A DNA stretch of 64,000 bases from Alphaproteobacteria bacterium (GTDB lineage: Bacteria; Pseudomonadota; Alphaproteobacteria; CAAHEQ01; UBA3637): the NCBI GenBank assembly GCA_017962565.1, contig JAGCVC010000020.1, forward strand, positions 68,622 to 132,621. Reading direction: 5' to 3'. The notes under the pieces are model-generated. The model made no database searches and was not told the DNA's origin. It saw only the letters and a program-made list of their open reading frames with translations. The position numbers were made by a program, and so were the translations under genes. Within the stretch, counting starts at the first letter, position 1. Each line of letters begins with the position of its first letter. Positions 19,456 to 29,278 of the stretch are shown here, one piece after another.

Positions 19456-20031
19456 CTAAGAAATGCTTTTTGCCAAATGTTCTGCAATATTTTTGCTCAA
19501 TTGCATCCACAACATACTATATCCGTTAATTAAATCATCATAGCTCTTACCAATTTTCAACTCACTTGAAAATTTTTGCCGTTTCAACAACTTACCTGTG
19601 TTATCTTTGATTGTAAACCAAGCTTCCATTTGCGCCTTTTCACTCAAAACAGCATTCATTTTAACGACTTCCACAGTAACAAACATATCAAATTTTTCCG
19701 TAACGTTTTGACGCATTTTAATTTGTGCTTTCGGCAACAAAGCACTTAAATCCTCTGTCAACACACGTGTAGTCAAAACAGCAGGAGCTTCCACCCATCG
19801 ATTATACTCAGATATAACCATCTCAGGTGAATCTTTACCTTGTGTAACAATTTGCGGACGATCCAAATATTTGGGTAATTGAACACGTCCAACACCGATA
19901 AAAGCATTGCATTTTTTTGAAACAACAGCTGTCTGTTCGGAAGTCAGCGTATAAAACTTTGCATTTTGACTGGTCCCAAAAATACATGCACTTAAAAACA
20001 AACAAGCAACTAATAACTTAAAAAAACGCAT
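19456..20031 (-). CDS. ABC-type transport auxiliary lipoprotein (DUF330/PqiC-like) associated with the Mla/MCE system
   Basis: 191 aa. Lipoprotein signal with lipobox LSAC. Immediately downstream of mlaD in the same orientation, the usual position of this family. Confidence 0.7.
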   Translation of the reverse strand: MRFFKLLVACLFLSACIFGTSQNAKFYTLTSEQTAVVSKKCNAFIGVGRVQLPKYLDRPQIVTQGKDSPEMVISEYNRWVEAPAVLTTRVLTEDLSALLPKAQIKMRQNVTEKFDMFVTVEVVKMNAVLSEKAQMEAWFTIKDNTGKLLKRQKFSSELKIGKSYDDLINGYSMLWMQLSKNIAEHLAKSIS

Positions 20032-20032
20032 T

Positions 20033-20830
20033 TTATTCCCCCTTCTTTCCTTTAATTAAAGCTTCCGGATGTTGTTCCAAATAATCTGCCAAATTTTGTA
20101 AAGACTTTGCCGCATCCGATACGTCTTGCAATGTTTTATTCAAATTTGAAATTGTTTCATCGCTGTTATCAGATATTTTCAACAACACTTCATTTAAATT
20201 TTCGACACTCTGAGATAAAGCAGGCATCAAAATTGGTAGTTGTTTATTCAATGTTTCCGTTATATGATTAAATTGATTGATTGTATTTTGAATTTGCAAA
20301 TGATCCAATCCCTTTGAAAATTCTTCTGTTTTTGAAAGAACTGTTGGAACCTGCAAAAATTTTTCGTCATCTTGTCCATGAACTTCTTCGACTTCAGTAT
20401 CTGGTAACATAACCAACTCAATTCCTAATTGTCCTGTTAACAAACTTTGTGTCGTCAATCTGGCACGCAAACCCTGCTTAATTAAAGCATTTAACAAATC
20501 ATCTTCCCTTTGCCATATTCTTTCCCACATAGAAGCTTCTTCTGCATCTTCGAAGGGATGCATCCGAATATAAACGGGGATTTGAAATTGTAAATCTTTT
20601 GGATTCGCCACCAAACGAATACGGATAACTTTACCCACCTCTACCCCTTGAAATACAACAGGGGAACCTTCTGACAACCCTTGAATAGATTCGTGAAAAT
20701 ACATAACATAAACACCTGTTTCATCAGATCTTATTTTATGCCAAACAGATTGACAAATCAGCCAAAAAAATAAGGCAAAACCAACAATCAAAAATAAACC
20801 AATCGCTTTTTTATTAGGTTCTTTTTTCAT
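20033..20830 (-). CDS. mlaD: MCE-domain protein MlaD (outer-membrane lipid asymmetry system)
   Basis: 265 aa. N-terminal TM, MCE domain, long helical C-terminus. Follows mlaF-mlaE. Confidence 0.8.
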   Translation of the reverse strand: MKKEPNKKAIGLFLIVGFALFFWLICQSVWHKIRSDETGVYVMYFHESIQGLSEGSPVVFQGVEVGKVIRIRLVANPKDLQFQIPVYIRMHPFEDAEEASMWERIWQREDDLLNALIKQGLRARLTTQSLLTGQLGIELVMLPDTEVEEVHGQDDEKFLQVPTVLSKTEEFSKGLDHLQIQNTINQFNHITETLNKQLPILMPALSQSVENLNEVLLKISDNSDETISNLNKTLQDVSDAAKSLQNLADYLEQHPEALIKGKKGE

Positions 20831-21581
20831 AAGATGCTCCTCTGGTTAGAAATTCATAAACTTGTTCATTAGGTGGATTTTTTAACAGTTCTTTCGGATT
20901 TCCTTTTGCCGAGATGGTCTGAATCGTTTTGTCCAAAAAGATGCTGTTTTTTCCGATAGCAAAAAGAGAGGGTAATTCGTGTGTTACAACAATAATGGTT
21001 GTTCCCAAACTTTTATTAATTTCTAAAATTAAATCGTCCAAATTTTTGGAACTGACCGGATCCAATCCTGCTGAAGGTTCATCAAAATACACTATTTCCG
21101 GATCTAATGCTAAAGCTCGCGCTAAGCCCGCACGTTTGCGCATGCCTCCACTAATTTCTGAAGGATAATAACCTCCAAATCCTGCTAATCCAACCAACGC
21201 TAATTTGAAAGCAACAATATCTCGAATTTTATTTTGAGAATAGTTGGTATATTGTTGTAAAGGAAGCGCTACATTTTCAGCCAAAGTCATAGAACTGAAC
21301 AAAGCACCGCTTTGATATAAAATTCCCGAATGCTTCATTATTTCCAGTTTTTGAGCAGCCGTTGCACGCCCCATTTCAATACCTTGAATATAAATTTGAC
21401 CATTTTGCGCCGGGATTAACCCTATCAAAGTTCTCAACAGCGTACTTTTACCACATCCGGAACCGCCCATAACGATAAAAATATCACCTTTCTGCACTTC
21501 AAATGACAGATTTTTCATAATTGTTTTTCTGTCATAGCCAATATCCAGATTTTTTACGCGAATGATAGGATCTTTATTCAT
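20814..21581 (-). CDS. mlaF: ABC transporter ATP-binding protein MlaF
   Basis: Walker A GGSGCGKST, signature LSGGMRKRAGLARAL, Walker B IVYFDEPSAGLDP. Confidence 0.85.
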   Translation of the reverse strand: MNKDPIIRVKNLDIGYDRKTIMKNLSFEVQKGDIFIVMGGSGCGKSTLLRTLIGLIPAQNGQIYIQGIEMGRATAAQKLEIMKHSGILYQSGALFSSMTLAENVALPLQQYTNYSQNKIRDIVAFKLALVGLAGFGGYYPSEISGGMRKRAGLARALALDPEIVYFDEPSAGLDPVSSKNLDDLILEINKSLGTTIIVVTHELPSLFAIGKNSIFLDKTIQTISAKGNPKELLKNPPNEQVYEFLTRGASYEKRT

Positions 21582-22666
21582 TATATACCAACCATTTCAC
21601 ACGCCAAAGTGATAAAACCAGTCATAATAATCATCCACACAATTGCATAAACAACGGCTTTTGTCGTTGCTGTTCCGACACTGTCAGCATTTCTGCCGCA
21701 GTGAATTCCAAAATAACATCCGCATAAAGCAATAATAAGACTAAACATTACACCATGGAACACTCCCACTAAAAAATTTGTCATATCAAATGAATTGATG
21801 GTGTATTTAATATATTCTGATAGAGGAACTTCCAAACAGAGCACGCAAACGAAGCAACCTCCTAAAATGCCCATAATATCTGACAATAAAACCAAAATCG
21901 GCATAGACAACAAAAGAGCATTCATTCTGGGCAAAACCAGAAAATCTGTTTTGGGAATACCCATTGTTTGCAGAGCATCCAATTCTTCATTGACCTGCAT
22001 TGTACCAATACTGGCGGCATAAGAAGCGCCTGTCCGACCGGCCATAATAATGCCCGTCATAATTGCCCCCATAATACGTGTCATACCGATTGTAACCAAA
22101 CTGGCCACATAGATTTGTGCCCCGAACGTTTTTAATTGCAAAGCACCTACAAAAGCCAAAATCAAACCAACCATGAAACTGATTAAGGAAACAATCAATA
22201 TTGCTTTTGGCCCGCAATCTGACAAAACAAGCCAAAAATCCTTTTTACGATAAACAGCTTTTCCAATTAACTGACGATTCCAAGAATGAAGACATCTTCT
22301 GATGAAAATGCATCCCCGTTTAACCGATTGAGCAAAACGAATACCGTAACCACCCAAACGTTCCAAGAAACTTTCTTTTTTACTTTTGTTCTCACATTCT
22401 TTAAAGGGAGTTTGAAAAGCTAAATTTAATAATTGTTTCATTCCCTCCGGCAAATCCGTATAAGTGATATTTTCTTTAGGAACACGTTTCAATAGGTTAT
22501 AAAGCATTACTACGAAATCTGTATTCCAAGAGACAATATCTTTTCCTGACAGTTCAATTTTCTTATTTTCCAAATCACGAAAAGAAATATCGGGATGTTT
22601 AGATTCGTTCAAAACACCGCTCAAAGAGAAAACAACTATATCTTTTTTTGCTTTTACTTTAATCAT
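21581..22666 (-). CDS. mlaE: ABC transporter permease MlaE with an about 100-aa N-terminal STAS-like extension
   Basis: 361 aa. C-terminal 260 aa is a typical MlaE permease. The N-terminus (DIVVFSLSGVL...) looks like a fused MlaB/STAS-type domain. Confidence 0.8.
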   Translation of the reverse strand: MIKVKAKKDIVVFSLSGVLNESKHPDISFRDLENKKIELSGKDIVSWNTDFVVMLYNLLKRVPKENITYTDLPEGMKQLLNLAFQTPFKECENKSKKESFLERLGGYGIRFAQSVKRGCIFIRRCLHSWNRQLIGKAVYRKKDFWLVLSDCGPKAILIVSLISFMVGLILAFVGALQLKTFGAQIYVASLVTIGMTRIMGAIMTGIIMAGRTGASYAASIGTMQVNEELDALQTMGIPKTDFLVLPRMNALLLSMPILVLLSDIMGILGGCFVCVLCLEVPLSEYIKYTINSFDMTNFLVGVFHGVMFSLIIALCGCYFGIHCGRNADSVGTATTKAVVYAIVWMIIMTGFITLACEMVGI

Positions 22667-22747
22667 ACTTATGGAAAGTAAAGTGTTTTAAAGTAAAAGT
22701 CAAACGATTTTTCAATCAATAAATGTGAAAGAAAGTTAAGAAATTTA

Positions 22748-22942
22748 TTAATCCATACCTTTTATAAAACAAGTTGTCATAAAAGCGACAAAACCCGTTG
22801 AGAAAACATAAGAAGCAACTACATCTTTTGTTGTGTTTTCCGGTCCCATAGCTAAAAGCGTTCCCAATAAAGCACCCCCACCCAAGACAATAGCACCTAA
22901 AGTACCCCAAAAAATAAGCGCATCTTTATCATCTTTTTTCAT
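22748..22942 (-). CDS. small hydrophobic protein, 64 aa (paralog of 22962..23150)
   Basis: MKKDDKDALIFWGTLGAIVLGGGALLGTLLAMG... Gly-zipper-like TM helix. Tandem paralog pair. Confidence 0.45.
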   Translation of the reverse strand: MKKDDKDALIFWGTLGAIVLGGGALLGTLLAMGPENTTKDVVASYVFSTGFVAFMTTCFIKGMD

Positions 22943-22961
22943 AATTATTGTCCCCTTTCAA

Positions 22962-23150
22962 TTAATCCCTGCTCAATCCAATATACATGCCCGCAAAAGC
23001 AATAAATGATTCTGTAAAAAAACCAACAACACTTTCTCCGACACTATGTGTCTTATAGGCCAAAATAGCAGCGCCCCCAATACCAGCTGCTAATATGAAT
23101 GCACCCAATATACCTAATGTTATTAACATCTCTTTGTCATCTTGTTTCAT
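22962..23150 (-). CDS. small hydrophobic protein, 62 aa (paralog of 22748..22942)
   Basis: MKQDDKEMLITLGILGAFILAAGIGGAAILAYK... same architecture as its neighbour. Confidence 0.45.
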   Translation of the reverse strand: MKQDDKEMLITLGILGAFILAAGIGGAAILAYKTHSVGESVVGFFTESFIAFAGMYIGLSRD

Positions 23151-23250
23151 AATACTTTCCCTTCTGTTTGTCTTAACGAAATTATTGTCAGTTCCCTTTG
23201 TTTAAAGACGGCAACAGCTTAACATATTTTTATATTTTTGTCAAGTATTT

Positions 23251-23706
23251 TTATTGTTTTCTAAATGAAAAGTATTTATGCAATAGAAATGTAAGTATGG
23301 TCGATATAATTAAATAAACACCCTGTGCCAACCATAATGGCCAGTCAAATATCACTATCAACCCGCTTATTATAGGCGCATTAACGGCATATATAAACAA
23401 ATAAACACACCAAGCACGCACATATTCTTTCTTCCAAATGCCGTGACTTTGAAAGACGTAGTAACGCATAGTAATAAAAGACAGATTTATACAAATCACG
23501 TATTGAAGAAACAATGCTATATTGGCAATGATACTTTTTGAATAAGGTAAATATTCGGAAAAAATAAAATTCAGCAAATTTAATAAAAGATAGGAAAAAA
23601 CTGTATTAAACCCGCCGACAAGAAGAAATCTTATTTTCAAAGGAAGGCCAAACCATATCTTCTCCGCCCAAAAATAAAGTTTTTTAATCCAATTTATCAA
23701 TTGCAT
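23251..23706 (-). CDS. GtrA-family membrane protein
   Basis: 151 aa, four TM helices, N-terminal FLLVGGFNTVFSYLLLNLL pattern typical of GtrA-like proteins. Confidence 0.65.
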   Translation of the reverse strand: MQLINWIKKLYFWAEKIWFGLPLKIRFLLVGGFNTVFSYLLLNLLNFIFSEYLPYSKSIIANIALFLQYVICINLSFITMRYYVFQSHGIWKKEYVRAWCVYLFIYAVNAPIISGLIVIFDWPLWLAQGVYLIISTILTFLLHKYFSFRKQ

Positions 23707-23769
23707 TGTCCCTATTAAACGTTTAAATCAGTTGTTATGTAACATATTTAAATTTCTTTGTCTAGGAAA

Positions 23770-23800
23770 TAACAAAAAAACGCCCTCTTTCGAGAGCGTT
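23770..23800 (-). terminator. rho-independent terminator downstream of secF
   Basis: On the minus strand: GAAACGCTCTC-GAAA-GAGGGCGTT hairpin with one bulge, followed by TTTTTTT. Confidence 0.45.
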
Positions 23801-23811
23801 TCATTAAAGGA

Positions 23812-24819
23812 CTATTTTCTCCTGCAACCTTTGTTATACCGGCTATACTGCCCCAAAGGTTCTTTTTTTGCTTCCATTTCGTATTTAGAAGCTTCTGCAT
23901 AAGGACCTGTCTCTTCAGCTTTTGAACCGATAATACGTAAGTCAAATAAACTCAGCATCGGCACAGCTAAATATAAAGATGAGTATGTTCCGATAATAAC
24001 ACCAAATGCTAAACAAACAGAAAATCCGAACAATGTTTCTCCACCGAAGAAAATCAAAATAACCAACATTATCAAAGTCGTGACAGATGTGATCAACGTT
24101 CTTGACAACATTTCGTTCAATCCTTTATTCAGTAATTCAGGTATTGGCATTTTATGATACAATCTCAAATTTTCACGCACACGATCGAAATTAACAACTT
24201 TATCGTTTGTCACATAACCGGCCATAGACAACAAACCTGCAACAACGGTCATATTAAAATCCAATCCCGTCCAAGCAAACAGGCCAACCGTAACAAGCAA
24301 GTCATGAGCTAATGCAATTAAACAAACCAATGAAAATTGCCATTCAAAGCGGAACCAAATATAAAGTGCAATCGCGACAAGCGCCAATATAGCCGCCCAA
24401 ATACTCTTGTTCAATAATTCAGCACCAACCTTTGGCCCAACAACTTCAATACGACGATATTCAAAACCATCACCCAAACTTCCTTTAATTTGTGAGATGA
24501 CTTTTTCCTGAACTGCTTTATCCGTTGTGTCAACAACAACGTGAATTAACATTTCATTGCCACTGGTACCAACCGACTGTAAGTTCGTTTCACCCAATTT
24601 CAAAGCAGAAATCTGTGAACGCATTTTTCCCATATCGATGTTTTCTTCTGATTGAACTTCAACCAAAATACCACCGACAAAGTCAATACCTTTATCCAAA
24701 CCTTTGTAGAAAAGCCCAAAGATTGACAATACTACACAAATAGCAGAAATAATAAAAGCATATTTACTTTGAGCAATAAAATTAATTTGCTTCTTTGTTT
24801 GAAAGTTAAATTTTGTCAT
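23812..24819 (-). CDS. secF: protein translocase subunit SecF
   Basis: 335 aa. Follows secD. Typical SecF periplasmic domain plus TM bundle. Confidence 0.9.
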   Translation of the reverse strand: MTKFNFQTKKQINFIAQSKYAFIISAICVVLSIFGLFYKGLDKGIDFVGGILVEVQSEENIDMGKMRSQISALKLGETNLQSVGTSGNEMLIHVVVDTTDKAVQEKVISQIKGSLGDGFEYRRIEVVGPKVGAELLNKSIWAAILALVAIALYIWFRFEWQFSLVCLIALAHDLLVTVGLFAWTGLDFNMTVVAGLLSMAGYVTNDKVVNFDRVRENLRLYHKMPIPELLNKGLNEMLSRTLITSVTTLIMLVILIFFGGETLFGFSVCLAFGVIIGTYSSLYLAVPMLSLFDLRIIGSKAEETGPYAEASKYEMEAKKEPLGQYSRYNKGCRRK

Positions 24820-24835
24820 TCTTTCATTCCTTCTT

Positions 24836-26410
24836 TTATAATTTAATCTTAATTTCTTTTGGTTTTTTCAATGAATACCAAACCATAATCAAAAATCTTG
24901 TAATCATGATTGAAGTAAACAGAGAGGTAAATATACCAATTCCCAAAGTAACGCTGAATCCTTTAATCGGACCGGCACCCATGAAAAACAAAACTATTGC
25001 TGCAAACAATGTCGTAATCTGGCTATCGACAATGGCAGTAAAGGCATTACCAAAACCACGTTCTATCACATTTAGTGGCTGTGTATGTCCGGACATAATT
25101 TCGTCACGCATACGTGAATAAATCAACACATTTGCATCAACAGCCATACCGATTGTCAAAGCAATACCGGCTAATCCAGGCAAAGTCAACGTTGCACCCA
25201 AAGCACTTAAAATTGCAAAAATTAAACATACGTTTATAATCAGTGCTACGTTCGCAAAAATACCAAACCAACCATAGACAACAAACATAAAGGCAAAAAC
25301 CAAAAGAGCACCAACCACACAAGCATATGCACCTTTACGAATAGAATCAGTTCCCAATCCGGCACCAACTGTTCTTTCTTCTACTACTTCCAAAGGAGCC
25401 GGAAGAGCACCTGAACGCAACAACATGGAAAGTTCGCCGGCACTTTCAATCGTGTAATTACCACTGATAATTCCTCTACCACCCGTAATAGCGTTTCGAA
25501 TAACCGGTGCAGAAATAACCTGGCCGTCCAAAACAATTGCTAAACGTTCTCCGATATTTTTACTGGTTGCTTCACCAAATTTTTTAGCTCCTAACGGTTT
25601 AAATGAAAAAGCTACCGCAGGCTCACCATCTTGATCATAATCCGGTTTTGCACTATCCAATTGATCACCGCTAACAACAATTGCACGTTTTAAAACCAAC
25701 GGACCTGTTTCATCACCGGGAACAATCATTGATTCCAACGGCAACTTACCACGTTGAGCATCAGCTAAAGAAACCGAACTGTCAACCAAATGGAAAGTCA
25801 TTTTAGCTGTCTTTCCCAACAAGGATTTTACTTCTGCCGGATTTTGAACACCGGGTAATTGTACGGCAATACGGTCAGAACCTTGACGTTGAATGGATGG
25901 TTCCTTTGTGCCCAATTCATCAATACGACGACGAACAATATCAATAGACTGAGAAGCTGCTTCGGCTTTTATTTTTTCCAATGCAGCATCTGAATAAGTA
26001 ATAATCAGTTCATTTCCGTCATGTTCAACTTCCATTTTTTCTGATTCTTGCTTTGTGATTATACTTTGAGCATCGGACATATCGGATGCATTCAAAATCT
26101 TCACGCGCAGCTGTCCGTTTTCAACCTTAAAAGGTGAATGCTTAATCTTATTACGCAAAGCCGAACGAGCCCCATCGGCTACCGATGACAAGCGTTCATT
26201 TATTAACTCATCTACCTGAATTTCCAACAACAAATTGGAACCTCCCTGCAAATCCAAACCTAAAGTCATCGGATGCCACCATTCTTGCATCTTTGCAGGA
26301 ACATTCGCTTTATAATAATCTTTCGACATAAAATTAGGAATACTGAAAAAGATTCCCAACACAGATACGACAATAACTAACCAAGCTCGCCATTTCGGAT
26401 AACCAAACAT
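24836..26410 (-). CDS. secD: protein translocase subunit SecD
   Basis: 524 aa. Conserved yajC-secD-secF order. Confidence 0.9.
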   Translation of the reverse strand: MFGYPKWRAWLVIVVSVLGIFFSIPNFMSKDYYKANVPAKMQEWWHPMTLGLDLQGGSNLLLEIQVDELINERLSSVADGARSALRNKIKHSPFKVENGQLRVKILNASDMSDAQSIITKQESEKMEVEHDGNELIITYSDAALEKIKAEAASQSIDIVRRRIDELGTKEPSIQRQGSDRIAVQLPGVQNPAEVKSLLGKTAKMTFHLVDSSVSLADAQRGKLPLESMIVPGDETGPLVLKRAIVVSGDQLDSAKPDYDQDGEPAVAFSFKPLGAKKFGEATSKNIGERLAIVLDGQVISAPVIRNAITGGRGIISGNYTIESAGELSMLLRSGALPAPLEVVEERTVGAGLGTDSIRKGAYACVVGALLVFAFMFVVYGWFGIFANVALIINVCLIFAILSALGATLTLPGLAGIALTIGMAVDANVLIYSRMRDEIMSGHTQPLNVIERGFGNAFTAIVDSQITTLFAAIVLFFMGAGPIKGFSVTLGIGIFTSLFTSIMITRFLIMVWYSLKKPKEIKIKL

Positions 26411-26421
26411 TTTTTATTCCT

Positions 26422-26793
26422 TTACTTCTTTTTTTGTTTTTCCAAGGGTTGTTCATCAGCCTTTTCAATAAGCACTTGTGAAACGGATGATCTCAATACT
26501 TTCACTTTTACACCATCTGCTATTTGTACCTCAACTTCGCCTGCATTGACAATTTTTGAAATTTCACCAATCATGCCGGAAACAACAACTTCGTCACCAA
26601 CCTTTAAATTGGCTAACATTTGCAGTTGCTCTCTTGCACGTTTTTGTTGAGGACGAATAAAAAACAAATAGAAAATAATTATAATGGCAGCAAGTTGAAT
26701 CAACGCACGTGACCAATCAGCTGCCGGAGTATCTCCCACAGCCTGTTGAGTCGTTGCTGTTGCTGTCGCTGCCAATGTAAAAAATGAAATCAT
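26422..26793 (-). CDS. yajC: preprotein translocase subunit YajC
   Basis: 123 aa. Single TM and conserved YajC core (IIIIFYLFFIRPQQKRAREQLQMLANLKVGDEVVVSGMIGEI). Confidence 0.85.
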   Translation of the reverse strand: MISFFTLAATATATTQQAVGDTPAADWSRALIQLAAIIIIFYLFFIRPQQKRAREQLQMLANLKVGDEVVVSGMIGEISKIVNAGEVEVQIADGVKVKVLRSSVSQVLIEKADEQPLEKQKKK

Positions 26794-26920
26794 TTTTCAA
26801 ACCTCTTTTTTTCTTAACCGTTTATTAACGAATCAAACAGAATATAATCATATTAAAAAAAAATTGCAACTTATTTTTTATCACCACAAAAAATTTTAAA
26901 TCAAAATATTGTTAAAGCAC

Positions 26921-26962
26921 AAAAAAAAGAACGCTACCTTAATCGCAGTAACGTTCTTTAAT
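26921..26962 (-). terminator. rho-independent terminator downstream of 26980..27717
   Basis: Minus strand: AAAGAACG-(16-nt loop)-CGTTCTTT followed by TTTTTTTGTGC. Confidence 0.5.
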
Positions 26963-26979
26963 TGAAGATACAAAATACT

Positions 26980-27717
26980 TTATTCACCTTTTTGGATTTG
27001 TTTTGCTTCAGATAAAGCTTTTTCTTCCATTTGATTATTTGTACCTATTACACGAATACTGTTTTCCTTTGAAAGCGAATTCACGCCCAATGAAAAATAC
27101 TTTACGCATTCTTCGTATAATGCAGGACAAGCATCACGCAATGCTTCAACCATAATCATACGTGTTTTATAGTATTCTATATGCCATTCAGGAGGCTTTT
27201 TCGGATTTGGATTTTTATAAGAAACTTCAAAATTTTGCAATTTTTCAGCCAACAAAATAACTTTTGCCTGATGACTTAAGCCCATTGCCCATTTTGTTTT
27301 TTCTTGCCATTGCTGTTCTTTTGTCTGACTTTTATCTTCTTCCGGTTCTCCAGCTAACTCTTCGACAATGGAAGCAACTTCAGGAGAAAAATTATGCGCA
27401 ATTGCTCTCAGCACATCCTCTTTTGTGGCATTTTTTCTTGCCTCAATAGCTTTTTCATTTAACCTTTTTACCTCAAGTGCTTTGTACAAATAGGCTGTCA
27501 ACACTATTTGTTGTTTTTCTTCGACTTGCTGTTTATCTTCAACGTTAATATGGTAGAACGCACTTACTTTTTGGGCTGTTCCTTTAACTTGGGCAAACAT
27601 ACCCGATTCATCATCAGGGCCAGTGCATTTTTTACCACCGTAATCGACACCTTTATGCCAAAACTTAGCTGTATTCTCAGCCAGTGCGAGTTTTTCATTA
27701 AAAATTTTTTCTTCCAT
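26980..27717 (-). CDS. hypothetical protein (acidic, helical; no recognised domain)
   Basis: 245 aa ORF with its own terminator. No family recognised by eye. Confidence 0.5.
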   Translation of the reverse strand: MEEKIFNEKLALAENTAKFWHKGVDYGGKKCTGPDDESGMFAQVKGTAQKVSAFYHINVEDKQQVEEKQQIVLTAYLYKALEVKRLNEKAIEARKNATKEDVLRAIAHNFSPEVASIVEELAGEPEEDKSQTKEQQWQEKTKWAMGLSHQAKVILLAEKLQNFEVSYKNPNPKKPPEWHIEYYKTRMIMVEALRDACPALYEECVKYFSLGVNSLSKENSIRVIGTNNQMEEKALSEAKQIQKGE

Positions 27718-27762
27718 TTTGAGCCCTCTCTTTCGTTAGACAACGTTCCTATAATAGAACTT

Positions 27763-29052
27763 TTATTTATATTTGTCAATCTTTTTTAAAACGGCATAAT
27801 CTTTATCCGATAAAGAAACGTATAGTTCAATATCTTTATCCCCCTCTTGACAGGAAATAACTGCACCTTTTTCATAAAGCCATGCCAAAGTTTTACCATC
27901 ATGAAAAGGCAAATGGATAACATATGTCCTCTGATTTTCCGATAATGCTTTATCAATAAATAATAATAAATCTTCAATACCCTCACCCGTCTTGGCGCAA
28001 ACAGGCCAAACAAGTTCTTTATAACTGCTGATACGCGTCAAAGCTGTCCGTTCTTGTGGTGTTAACAAGTCAATTTTGTTTAAAACTTCCGGTAACCCTT
28101 TTGCAATTTTATCATTTAAACCTAAATCTTTTAAAACATTTTCAACATCTTGCTTTTGAGCCTCTGAATCCGAATGAGAACAATCCCTGACATGTAAAAT
28201 CAAATCTGCTTCCAAAACTTCTTCCAAAGTAGCTCTGAACGCGGCAATCAATTCTGTCGGTAGATCGGAAACAAAACCAACGGTATCCGATAAAATGACC
28301 TTTTTACCACTGGGCAATTCGATTTGCCTCATTGTCGGATCCAATGTGGCAAACAATAAATTTTCAGCAAACACATTTGCTTTTGTCAGTCGATTGAACA
28401 AAGTTGATTTTCCGGCATTGGTATAACCGACCAAAGACACAATCGGGAAAGGCACTTTTTTACGGCTTTTACGTTGTAAACCGCGTGTTTGCTTGACGTG
28501 TTCCAATTCCTTTTTAATGCGAACCAGCTTATCATCGATAATACGCCGGTCCATTTCAATTTGTGTTTCACCGGGTCCACCCAAAAAACCGGCACCACCA
28601 CGCTGTCTTTCCAAGTGCGTCCAAGAACGAACCAAACGAGAACGTTGATAAGTCAAATGAGCCAATTCAACCTGTAACACACCTTCTTTTGTTTGTGCTC
28701 GTTCACCAAAAATCTCCAAAATCAAGGCCGTTCTGTCAATAACCTTGACTTGCCATACTTTTTCCAAATTTCTCTGTTGAATAGGAGATAAAGCACAATT
28801 CATCAGTACCAATTCGGCACCTAACTCACATAACCGTAAATGCAAGCGTTCCGCGGCTCCTTTACCGATATATGTTGCAGGATGAATGTTTCGTAAAGGA
28901 ACTATCTCACTGCCAACGACATCCAAATCAATCGCTTTGGTCAAACTGATGGCTTCTGATAAACGCGCTTGTCCCGAACGCAGTGTTTTTTCTGTATTTT
29001 TTGAGTCAATTTCAATAATAAAAACTTTTGTTGGAATCTTTTTTTCAGACAA
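27763..29052 (-). CDS. hflX: GTPase HflX
   Basis: 429 aa. G-domain motifs GYTNAGKSTLFN, DTVGF, NKID. Directly downstream of hfq, overlapping by 8 nt. Confidence 0.9.
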   Translation of the reverse strand: MSEKKIPTKVFIIEIDSKNTEKTLRSGQARLSEAISLTKAIDLDVVGSEIVPLRNIHPATYIGKGAAERLHLRLCELGAELVLMNCALSPIQQRNLEKVWQVKVIDRTALILEIFGERAQTKEGVLQVELAHLTYQRSRLVRSWTHLERQRGGAGFLGGPGETQIEMDRRIIDDKLVRIKKELEHVKQTRGLQRKSRKKVPFPIVSLVGYTNAGKSTLFNRLTKANVFAENLLFATLDPTMRQIELPSGKKVILSDTVGFVSDLPTELIAAFRATLEEVLEADLILHVRDCSHSDSEAQKQDVENVLKDLGLNDKIAKGLPEVLNKIDLLTPQERTALTRISSYKELVWPVCAKTGEGIEDLLLFIDKALSENQRTYVIHLPFHDGKTLAWLYEKGAVISCQEGDKDIELYVSLSDKDYAVLKKIDKYK

Positions 29053-29263
29053 TATCGTCTTCCTTTAAATAAGTTCCCGCGGAAACACTGGATATAGCGT
29101 GTTTATAAATCAACTGTAAACGCCCCTCGTGTTCTAATAAAACAGTATTTTCATCCATCGACTTAATTGTTCCTTGCAATTTCACATTACAAGTCAAAAA
29201 AATCGTAACTGGTAATTTTTTTTCAAACAGCTTTTCCAAAAAGATCTTTTCTGTATTTTCCAT
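29045..29263 (-). CDS. hfq: RNA chaperone Hfq
   Basis: 72 aa. Sm motifs (VTIFLTCNVKLQGTIKSMDENTVLL; YKHAISSV). Confidence 0.85.
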   Translation of the reverse strand: MENTEKIFLEKLFEKKLPVTIFLTCNVKLQGTIKSMDENTVLLEHEGRLQLIYKHAISSVSAGTYLKEDDIV

Positions 29264-29278
29264 TTTCTATTCCTTAAA

